Origin: Utricularia gibba
Taxonomy: Eukaryota; Plantae; Magnoliophyta
Assembly (NCBI GenBank): GCA_002189035.1
Contig: CM007991.1
Span: 868,001-932,000 of the forward strand
DNA length: 64,000 nucleotides
Direction of reading: 5' to 3'
In this document: one piece after another, positions 13,860 to 23,896 of the stretch
How the letters are laid out: each line of letters starts with the position of its first letter
Numbering within the stretch: the stretch's first letter is position 1
Notes under the pieces: model-generated
What the model was told of the DNA's origin: nothing
What the model saw: the letters and a program-made list of their open reading frames with translations, nothing else
Database searches by the model: none
Program-made: the position numbers and the translations under genes

Positions 13860-14649
13860 AGGGCAGGAAGGCATAGACTGTGCCTTCTTCCATCTAATGC
13901 TATCCCCTTGTAAAATTTCCAAAGACACTACTGCATCTATACAAAGTGCTTAAGAAGAGCTTGAACAGTGTAATAATCTTATATGTCTTAAATCATTTAG
14001 ACAGTGCTTGTCAGGTAATGAAAGTTAAGGATTATAAAATATTTTTTTAAAAAAATGGATTTTAAATTTCTTGAACAGTTTAAAAGCATAATTCAAACCA
14101 TTTTTATAGTGAAATTTATTTATCAAACGTATTTTAACTTTAAATTCATAAACTTATTTTTATTTCAAATTTTAAATAAGCTAATAAACGTGTCCTAATT
14201 CTCTATCATTTCTACAACGCCAAATGGAGTCTATCATAATGGATGGTTTTCATGAACAGGTGCGTTTCGTCGGGGATTCCCTGATGAGGTTGAACTTTTG
14301 CTGCTGCTCCATTCAGAAATGGAGTTTCATCTTCAAGAGCCCGGTGCCCACTTCGAAAATCGGAGAGGAATTGGGAGGAACATGTTGTAGTATGAAGGAC
14401 AAATTCGAACAAGAAATGGAATGCTGTTTATTCATATTTTGGTGTGTATTATTGATTCAAGGAACATGTTTCTGCTAGTAAAATCTTGTTTCTAGAAGAT
14501 TGACTTGACGGAAATGGCGACATGGGAGAACTTAATAGGAACATCGACTCTTCAAATAGACAAACAACAGGAAAATATAACACATGAAGCTACATTTTCT
14601 TTAAAGATACTGATAATATGGAGTTGGAGAAGGTGATGGACTAGATCAT

Positions 14650-15245
14650 GGCCTATTGTTTGGAGATGGCGGAGGAGGAGAATGCGGTGATGGTGGTGGT
14701 GACTTTGGAGCTGGAGGAGGCGATGAGCGTGGAGGCGGTGATGGACTAGGTTTTGGTGGGCTGTTTGGCGACGGTGAAGGTGGTGAGTACGGAGATGGAG
14801 ACTTTGGAGCGGGAGAAGGCGGTGAGCGTGGAGATGGTGATGGAGGCTTTGGAGCGGGAGACGGCGGTGAGCGTGGAGATGGTGATGCACTAGATTTTGG
14901 TGGGCTGTTTGGGAGCGGTGAAGGTTATGGGTACGGAGATGGTGATGGAGACTTTGGGGCGGGAGAAGGCGGTGAGCGTGGAGATGGTGATGGGGGTTTT
15001 GGAGCGGAGAAGGCGGTGAGCGTGGAGATGGTGATGGAGATTTCGGAGCGGGAGAAGGCGGTGAGCGTGGAGGTGGTAATGGAGACATCGGAGCGGGAGA
15101 AGGCGGTGAGCGTGGAGGTGGTAATGGAGACATCGGAGCGGGCGAAGGCGGTGAGCGTGGAGGTAGTAATGGAGACATCGGAGCGGGAGAAGGCGGTGAA
15201 CGTGGAGGTGGTAATGGAGACATCGGAGCGGGAGAAGGCGGTGAG
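14650..15245. repeat. Nested coding tandem repeats of the HRGP gene
   Basis: 45-bp unit GGAGACATCGGAGCGGGAGAAGGCGGTGAGCGTGGAGGTGGTAAT starts at 15081, 15126, 15171 and 15216. A roughly 145-bp higher-order duplication begins CTAG(G/A)TTTTGGTGGGCTGTTTGG near 14746 and 14890. Confidence 0.95.
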
Positions 15246-15856
15246 CGCGGCGATGGTGATGGAGGCTTGGGAGCAGGAGAAGGCGATGAATGTGGAGATG
15301 ATAGTGGAGACTTTGGAAATGGCAAAAACAATCCAGATGGAAACGTTGGAGCAATAGAAGGCGATGGTGGAAATTTTGGAACTGGAGGTGGTGAGTGAAA
15401 CTTTGGAGTAGGAGAAGGCGACGGCGGCGAGGACTTTGGACGTGGAGAAGGTGATGGTGGTGGAGACTTTGGAATTGGAGCCGGAGATGGTGGTGGAGAT
15501 TTCGGAACCGGAGATGGTGGTGGCGATTTTGGAGTTGAAGGCGGTGGAGGTGATCTGAGAACAGGGGAAGGAGACGGTGGTGGAAATTTTGGAGTTGGTG
15601 ATGGTGGTGGCGATTTAGGAATAGGAGAAGGCGGTGGTGGTGGATGCCTCGGAGGTGAAGGCGATGGCGGTGGAGATTTTGGCGCCGGAGAAGGCGACGG
15701 ATGTGGAGATTTTGGAGCCGGAGGGTGTGGCGGAGTAGGTCGTGGTGGGTGCCTCAGGGCTCCGGGAGGAGGAGGAGGAGAACCTGCTTCACTTAGCATC
15801 ATCAACATGGTGAGGAGGACTAAGCATCTCATCCCTAGACGCTCCATGGAGTCCAA
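14925..15856 (-). CDS. Secreted Ser/Pro-rich hydroxyproline-rich glycoprotein (extensin/PRP-like)
   Basis: Signal peptide [24 protein letters not shown], then [12 protein letters not shown] and [15 protein letters not shown] repeats. One G missing near 15005 relative to sister repeats; after correction the frame stops at TAA 14925-14927. Confidence 0.82.
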
Positions 15857-16304
15857 TACCGCACTCCTACTTCACATGCATGTATATATATATACAAATC
15901 ATGCTCCATGTCTTTTATACCCATTAATTTCAGCTCAGGTTCCCAATGCAACTCATCTTGGAAAATTGCTCACATATATTGACTTCATACCACAACTTGA
16001 CATTTGCATTATGTAACTCTGAATAAATGATTTATTTGACAATCTTGTTCTTTCCACAGGAAGAATAAAAATAAAAAAAACTGTTCCAAATTGTATAATA
16101 AAATCTACTGAAAAGAAAAACTACATTCAATTCCTAATAAATAACCTGATATAGAACAAACCCCTTTTTTTTATCAGTGAAGAAGAACCAACCTTAGAGA
16201 GCTCAAGAGGGATGTTAATCTCCACACCATGTGATTTTGGTGTTAAATTCGGTAGCCGTGACACGGCGGACATTAGCCAAATCTTCAGCACAAAGTGCAT
16301 AATG

Positions 16305-16512
16305 ATCATTAATTAGCATAATGCGTGAGTACAACAATTCATTAATGTGGAAAGCAATTGCCAAGGCATTGAATGCATCCAAGTGGGATAACTTGACATT
16401 GGGACTATGGGATCCTTCCCATTTCGGGTGCAATGTATCATTCTACAAACTTAGGATGACTAAACATCATTAATTAGCATAATGTGCACGTGCATGCATT
16501 CATTCATTCATG
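16305..16512. promoter_or_regulatory. Duplicated 19-bp element plus G-box/RY motif upstream of the HRGP gene
   Basis: ATCATTAATTAGCATAATG is exact at 16305-16323 and 16466-16484. The second copy is followed by GCACGTGCATGCA. Confidence 0.55.
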
Positions 16513-16801
16513 CTAAAAGTTGCACAAGGAAAAGGTCAGGATCCCTGAGATGGGATGTGTCCAAGGTTATTGTGCAAAACTCAAGAGCTGTTTGGTAATA
16601 TACATTAATTTCAAAAAAGATTGTTGACACAAACCTGCGAGAGTGATCGATATGCAGGTGGTGAGCCATGGAAAACCATGCAATGCCCCTAAAATACCCT
16701 GCCATTTAAAGACTAAGAAAAACTGTAAAATTCATGCAAATGTGGGAATACAAGGAGGATTTTTTGATGGATCGTGTAGTTATGTCTGCTTATGCTCCTC
16801 A

Positions 16802-18848
16802 TCAAAATCGCTCCTCCTGCTTTTTACTGGCATCCATTTGCAAAGTTAGGTTGTCTCTCAAGGCTAAGAACGATAAGAATGAAGTGCAGTGAATGTTTAC
16901 CAGGGCTGATGATTGTAACACGTTTTGTGATGGATCGTGTAGTCGAAATTGCGTCCGGTGCTGCAGTTGGCCAAGTTTAGGTTCAGTCCTTGAGCAAAAT
17001 GAAGAGAACAAGCAACGGTTGTATTCTTACCAATTTCTAGTGTCACTGTTGTCATTAGCTCCTTGTCTTCTGTGATTTCTTCTCGCAACTGACATGGAAA
17101 ATGGGAGGCACCAGCTTCACAGCTTCCTTGTAAACACTGTGAACTGAAACTGGGATGAAAAGGAGCGATGCAAGGATAGATTTAGGATACATTTAACAGT
17201 CTAAGTCTAGTTAATAGATGCAAGAAGAATTACCCAGAGTGAAAATTGGAAGACGGATCGATTCCTTGGCTTGAAGTAAGACAGGGTCCTTCATTTGACA
17301 CATCAAATTCAAGTAGAAGTTCAGAAAGATTAAAATCAAGCCCCAATGTATCCAGATTTGAGAAATCTAAGTCCGGAATGCTGTTTTCTCTGTCAGATTC
17401 TGATGTAGAGTTTCCATCAGAAGTCTGTGTCTCCATTATCATGGACAGAGCAGATGCTGAACCAAAATCTAGCCTTCCTCTTACATGATCCTTAACAGAG
17501 GATCTCTTCAAATGAGGTGAACATGATTTGATGTGACTCTTCTCTACAGAGTAATATGCAATTTGCTTCACGGGTGTCAATCTAACCGTCTCTGAGGAGA
17601 CTAATGTGCAGTTGGCTGACATAACGCCAGGAGAAACTCCTTTAGTTGGCATGGAAGTTGAAATAATTTCCAAGGGGACCTGGTGTTCTCAGTCTCGGAA
17701 GAGGATGTCCGTGGAGGCGTTTTAGGAACAGGGGCTTCCTGATGGAACAAACATTTGACAACACTTGATCCACTTCCAGCAGCTTCGTGGCTAGGTAACT
17801 GAGCTGCAGTATGTGCATTAGGCTTGCCTTTTCCGCATCCTGTCGAGTTCGATAACCTTGTATCATCTGCAAGTAAATAAAACATACTAAGAGATTGATC
17901 ACTTTGATCACAAATAACCTACGGTAACAATACCATGTTTGCTAAAGATCTCACCTTTGAGATGGATGCATTTGCGAGCTCTCTTAGAAGTCCCCGGAAC
18001 ATCTAAGGTATTTCTCTGTGCCTTCCTTCGCGCAGATTGTGTAACTTGAGTAACTGAATTATTGGGTAACTTTTGGCTATGCGAGTTCATTGATTCAGAA
18101 GCCATCGTTGTATCACTGACTGCTGCGTAAAGTAACCAAACAGCAATTAGCATGGAACATGCACCAGTTTTAAACACTATATATCATCAGTACCTCTCAT
18201 TCGAGAAACTAAACACAGATCACTAAAACTAAATCAAGACAGAAATCACGTCAGCAAACCCATTCATTGCATTGGAAAACCAGCAAGCACAACTGCAAAT
18301 AGTCGCTGAATTTCAGATCTGAAAATCACCAGTAGGAGTCGCAAAATCAGATTCCTTCTGAGAAGCCAAGGGCAATGGGGTTGCTTGTGGCATCGATGGC
18401 GAGATGAAAGAAGTAACGGCGTCGTTTCCGGCTGCATTGTAAGCATTCATCACACCCTGTAATCCTACCAGTAAATTGTTCACCCGCAGCTTTTCCTGCT
18501 CCAAACGGCACCGTTCCTGATCTACCCACACCTTCTTCTCCTTCAAAGTTATATATTCATCAAGAATTGCAGCTAAACCCAACATGCTCTTAGGCGCCTA
18601 CAAAACCCAAACCCGGAAAGAACATCAAAACCTAAACCAGTGATTAATTCAAGACCAATCCAAGGGGGTGTTACTTCGTGAACTGGAGAATTAGAAATGA
18701 GATCCGCTGCTTCGAGCCGAAAGGTTGACCGAGCATGGGTGTAACCATTGTCGTGGAGATAGCGATCAACGATGAATGCCGTCTGCAGAGGAGTGACCTT
18801 CCCTTTGCCCACAACAAGCGGCTTCTTCGATTTCGTCTGCTTCCCCAT
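16802..18848 (-). CDS. LisH-motif nuclear protein (At2g37960/At3g54060-like, from memory), multi-exon
   Basis: MGKQTKSKKPLVVGKGKVTPLQTAFIVDRYLHDNGYTHARSTFRLEA, then LAAILDEYITLKE..EQEKLRVNNLLVGLQGVMNAYN, VVKCLF..PKTPPR, KDHVRGRLDF, DFNLSELL, and PDAISTTRSITKRVTIISPA...KKQEERF*. One +1 correction at GGGG 17674-17677. Confidence 0.88.
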
Positions 18849-18954
18849 TATTCGCCTCCTCCAGAAAATGAACCGGAGGGAATTCACCGACGATTACGCT
18901 TCAAGGAGGGAAAGAGAACAAGGACGCGGGAGCATTTCGAAATTTTTCTGCTGA

Positions 18955-19030
18955 CTAATTTGGGCTGGGCCTCCACTACTCTGTGTGAGCTATAATGTAT
19001 TGGGCTAGAAAATGGCAGCGGCCCAATTAG
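18955..19030. promoter_or_regulatory. Site II (TGGGCY) cluster, possible bidirectional promoter
   Basis: TGGGCTGGGCC, TTGGGCT and GGCCCA within about 75 bp, roughly 110-180 bp upstream of the LisH ATG. Confidence 0.6.
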
Positions 19031-22000
19031 ATCAGGGGAGGTCCAATTCTGCTGCATTTTCCACAACCAAAAAAGAACAACGTTCTGCTGGAGACGAGCA
19101 AGTGCGGGGAACAAGAAGATGATGAATCGAGGAATGCTGTCATGGAGCCGTCGTACAGAAACGTCATTCTTGCGCACTCCCTTGAATAGAGCTTGGAATC
19201 CTGGTTCCCATGAATCGAAGATTCTCATCTTGGAGTTTTTGCAAGATCGACGTTAATCGGAGAACTCGATGTTCTGCAACGAGTTTGCGTTAGTTTCGAG
19301 GACGAGGGGTTGATGATCGACCGGGGAGAATGCAGATGAAGAACCATAGAAGGGAGAGCAAGCCCGTGCGTAATTAGAAGGAAGACTTTGAGGCGCGGCA
19401 TATCTATCAAGAACGCCCTTAATGGTGGATTGTGGGAATTTCTTCAGTTTCTGGGAATGAGAATTCTGAAAGTATAGCTCGTGCTCTATCCCGAAGCGTC
19501 CCTGGCATTGATTTGAAGGTCGGTATTGGTTGTTGTGTTGATTATACTAGCTTTGGCTGCCGACATTGAAAATTCTGCAGTTTTTTTTTTTTTTTGACTG
19601 GAATCTGGTAAATTTATTGTTTTTCTAACGCAGTAGCTGATGTAGGGTTTGTTTCTCGATTGCTACATGAATACAGGGTTATGTTCCTTTAGTTCAATCA
19701 AGAAAAAGCTGAGAAATGGCTCCATTTTCTGTTAAAGCAAAATCAATTTTCCCGGGATGTGTTGCTATGATGTCAATGAACAAGGAGCGGCATGGCTTCA
19801 TTCTAGAATGTGATGGGGTTGGAGGTTTTGTTGCACCCAAGGTTGGAAATGAGTAAGAACTTCTGTTGATTTCTCTACTTTTATTGATCTTTTATCTAAT
19901 TCATTGATTATGTAAGAATTGGTGAACAAGAGTGGGTTGAGGTTTCGAAGTTCTGACAATATTTCTGATGCTGTTTTGATCGATTGTATTCAATTGTATT
20001 GGTAACTATATTTGTCATGCAGGAAGCAGCAGATGATTAAACCTAGGCCTGTAACTGCAGACGAGATGAAACCATGTTGAGCAGGAAAAAGAAAACAGCA
20101 GAAAGCTGATCTAGCATTTGAAGAAGAACAGAAGAGGGAACTTGCTTTTGACTCACCTCCCTTCTCCGGGAACATTAGAGATCTCAAAGCGATAGGGAAG
20201 AGTGGTGTGGTGGACGAGGTAGGAAACTAAATTAAAACTTTTCTGAATTTGCGAGCATCGTCAAGAAGGTTGATAAAAAAAAAAGCAGGGGCGATATTTA
20301 TCTCACTTGCTGCTACTGAGGAAGCCTTTCCCCCGTGAAGATTATTTGGCCTTGTGCTGTCTGGGATTGTACATGTGAATTTCAGTTTTCAACAAAACTT
20401 GTGTTACTGTTTTTTCGCTAATACAATATACTCAGATTTTGAGACAAACTTGCTTCTCAATTCAAGTTTGTGTGGTTGGATTTTAAGAGCGGAAAGAAGA
20501 GAGGCATGCTAGCATTAGTTGGATTTTAGCTATATCAAAGTTCTTTCAGCAACAATCTTTGCTCCATGTCACTGCATCCAATTTTGTTTGGTTTTTACGG
20601 GGTACTCTTTCTCTGGTGATGTTTGTGAAGGGAACTTTTGCTGATATTGATAAATAATATACCTCCCCTCCCTGGACAAAGCAGCAAAGGACAAATGCGG
20701 TTATTTAAGACCTCGCTTGGCCTGAAAGGAAAAGGTAATTAATCTCAACATTGCTAAAAACCTTAATTTCATTAGCCATACGTTTGCTTCTGTGCTGATA
20801 CCACACCTCGGTAAATGCAAGTAGTTACTATGGATGGAATTTTTGCCGAGACCCTACTAGTCTGAATTTCATGGAATATTTCAGAAAGGGGTGATAAATT
20901 ATTAAAAAGATTCTTTGACCCTTTTCCAAAAGGATGTAATTCCACTGTCAAGATAAGCATGAAATGTCACAAGCACCTAACGACAAAGAACAAATTATGA
21001 TATGAATATTATTGTTGGTGGCTTTACCTTTGCTTACCGTTGTGAGCTTTGAAGTTTCAACATCATTTTCTTTCAGCTGATGCTTGGTTGTGTTTGCCAA
21101 CCCGTGAACGACTTTTGATGCATATCATTACTCTTTTCAAAAGTTTACCTCGAGGCTGAATCTGCCTTCCACATTTACTAGCTTTTACGACTATGAAGCT
21201 TCCAATGTTGAAATCCCATCATCTCTTGCACATCATATATAATCTGTGTTTCTTCTGCACATGCTCCCGTTATGTTTGCGGTTGTAGATAAGTAGAATTA
21301 GCAGCATCTTTGTGTTTGTTAATGCAACTCCTGCATATTCATCACATTCAATTATATTTTGGTATTCTGTTTAACAAGTACCAAACATTTACTATACTGT
21401 GGGATTTTCAGTGATTCTTGTAGTATCACTTTCTACAAAGAAACTGTTTGCAGGGATAGTCCAGTGAGAGCCCATACATTCACACAGATAAAGTTGAAGT
21501 AGAATAAAAGAAAAGCAAAGAGCAGGACCAGGGCCAGTTGTCATTTCTGTGTTGTTTCTTTATGCAATTGTCTTCTTGTATACACATCCTATACACACGT
21601 AGATGCATTCTGTAACAATGTACAATGTATGCAGGTATTCATTCGACTATTCAGCATTCTTAGAGACGTTGCCTTGCCTAGGAGGACCTACACTTCTAGG
21701 TCCACATTCTTTTCTTCTTTTGAAAATTACCTTCTTTTGCCTTTATGCTTGCTTGTTAAAGCAACCAAAAAAAACTTTTTGTTTATAAATGTTTATACGT
21801 AATATTAATGGTTTGTTTATTCATCTATACTTGAATACGCTGGGATAAAATTTAAATGTAAGAAAAATGTGGGTGGGCAGAGTGGATGGGATAGGGAGGA
21901 CTGAAAGCAGCCAACAGTAAGGAATCTTCTTGTGTTGTGTGTGCCATATTCCCTGTCTGTGAGGCTTAGCAACAGCAGTAGCCACTAAGACAAAGAGCAA

Positions 22001-22193
22001 ATGGAGTAAGTGCAAAAAACAACTAAACGCATTTAATTTTCACTATCTCCAACCTCAGTCCCCACGCTGAGTGACCACCTCTATCGCCAGTTTGCTGAGC
22101 ATCTTCTTCCTCTGTTTCTCAAGCCATTCAAAAATCATACTCATTATCCAGCAGCCGTTTTGCACCCAGATTTTCAGAAGCCCCAGATCGGAA

Positions 22194-23261
22194 ATGTCTT
22201 CATTACCATCCTTCAGGTGGTTATTGCCGTTCTTTCTAGCAAATCTATACTTTAGGTGTATGAATGCAGATTCGAACTTGCGTTTCTTCGTCAAGGATTT
22301 TGGGGAAAGCTCAGATTTTGAATCTTGGATTGCTCTTTATGGGGATGCTAAAGTTGTTAATGGGAGTGAGTCTCTTGAAATTTCCGGTTCAGGTGATTAT
22401 AGTGCTGGAAAGTTGATCTGTAAGAAGCCCTTTAGTCTTGTAGCTGGTAATTCAACGAGGGCAATGGCTTTTTCTAGTTATTTTACATTTTCTGTGCCTA
22501 GGGAGATTGGGAATGGATTCGCTTTCTTTATGCAACCTGCTGATTTTCCATTGAATTTTTCTGATGTTGGGTTGCTGGGAATGTTGAACGAGGGCAAGGA
22601 AAGAACTTTCTCTGTTGAATTTGATGCATTTAAGAATGGAAAGTATGGAGAATTGAGAAGAACCCATGTTGGGCATGATCTTGAAAGCCACATCTCCGTT
22701 AAAGAAAGCCATATCCCTTCATCCATCACTTTGAAGTTGTACAGTGGGGAAAAGTTGCAGGCATGGATCAATTATGAAGCTTCTGGGAAGAGAGCAGAAG
22801 TGAGTTTAAGAAAGCTTGGAAGTAATGGTCCATACATTCCACTGATTTCTTTCCCCATTGACTTGTCAGCACTGTGGGGAAAAGCAAATGTGGTCATTGG
22901 GTTAACGTCCTTGAGTCGAAATTCATCACAGAAAACCAGCATCTATTCATGGAGTTTTGCCTCCAGAAACTTGACACACATGCTGCACTCAGTTCCTCTG
23001 AATACAGGCCACTATGCAGGCACTCCAATGGAGGTGAAACAACCCAGGAGACGCAGTGACTGCGACACAAGAATTCTGATAGCATTGATCTTTGGTGCTG
23101 CCTGTGGATCCCTTGCAGCATTGTTTGCCGTGTTCATTTGGGGGCTCGTGGGGCGCCGGCTACCCGTGATGCCGGAGGTAATCGAGGTCCATGAAGCTGA
23201 GAAGAAATTGGCGTCCAACAAGGTAGATGCTTATGTTAAGGCAAAAACTGAGAAGCTGTAA
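22194..23261 (+). CDS. Concanavalin A-like (L-type legume) lectin with C-terminal TM helix and no kinase domain, intronless
   Basis: Signal peptide MSSLPSFRWLLPFFLANLYFRCMNA. Lectin motifs IALYGDAKV, FSSYFTFS, GNGFAF, FSVEFDA, HVGHD, KLQAWINYEASGKRAEV, IYSWSF. TM segment ILIALIFGAACGSLAALFAVFIW. The ORF extends to 22071 but the ATG at 22194 fits the family. Confidence 0.9.
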   Translation: MSSLPSFRWLLPFFLANLYFRCMNADSNLRFFVKDFGESSDFESWIALYGDAKVVNGSESLEISGSGDYSAGKLICKKPFSLVAGNSTRAMAFSSYFTFSVPREIGNGFAFFMQPADFPLNFSDVGLLGMLNEGKERTFSVEFDAFKNGKYGELRRTHVGHDLESHISVKESHIPSSITLKLYSGEKLQAWINYEASGKRAEVSLRKLGSNGPYIPLISFPIDLSALWGKANVVIGLTSLSRNSSQKTSIYSWSFASRNLTHMLHSVPLNTGHYAGTPMEVKQPRRRSDCDTRILIALIFGAACGSLAALFAVFIWGLVGRRLPVMPEVIEVHEAEKKLASNKVDAYVKAKTEKL

Positions 23262-23896
23262 ATTCTTTTTTGCTGTGTGTGCCTAGATTCAGTGTTCTGG
23301 TTTGCTGTAAGTGATAAACCATTCAATGTGGACTTCCCACTGAAGTGATGATGCAATGCATGGATACTCAAAAATCACTCATCTTCTTCCGAGTGATCGG
23401 AGCTGCGGGTCCATCCTGCACTGATGTTGTGATCATTGAGGCACAGGCTACAAATCTGCATTACAGCCGCAGCATGTTACCAAGGCCCATGAGAGAAGGC
23501 TCTCGGGCCCAGTCTGGGCTTCACCTCTTGGTCTCCATTATGCTTAATGGGCTGTGGTCATGTATCTCATAATCCGTTGGGCTAAATCAACAGGCTCATA
23601 TTCACTATTGCCACACGTTCAGAAGCCTGCTTAACGAACATTCCAGAATGCAATAAACTGTTTATCAAGGACAAGGAAATTTGAATATTTGTTTTTAAAA
23701 AAAGAATAAAGGTATTGAATGGGAATGAATATACACGAGTATTCCTACCCAAAAATAGAAATGAAATAATGCGTGCGAACACGCACTCTGACCCCTCTGC
23801 TTTCCCTGCTTTGATCTCTGAACAAAATCTGTTGCTTGATCAAACTCCATCATCGTCTTCTTCCGTATCTACATCAACGGCCTTTGTTGTTTCGCA

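Noticed and set aside
14212-14478. Short ORFs between DUF3527 and the HRGP (Cys-rich on plus; SDFRSGH on minus)
   Set aside because: No signal peptide and no true CEP/CRP motif; likely the HRGP 3' region.
14656-15357. 233-aa Gly-rich / [16 protein letters not shown] on the plus strand, and His-rich alternative frames
   Set aside because: Antisense and off-frame shadows of the Pro-rich repeat; no signal peptide or independent support.
16643-17075. Apparent Cys-rich defensin- or GPI-like ORFs on the plus strand (FCDGSCSRNCVRCC)
   Set aside because: They are the reverse complement of the last exons and 3'UTR of the LisH gene, whose minus-strand reading gives the conserved SITKRVTIISPA.
19480-19680. 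DLK|VADVGFVSRLL resembling the kinase KVADFGLSRL motif
   Set aside because: It depends on a splice I imposed, and no other kinase subdomain is present.
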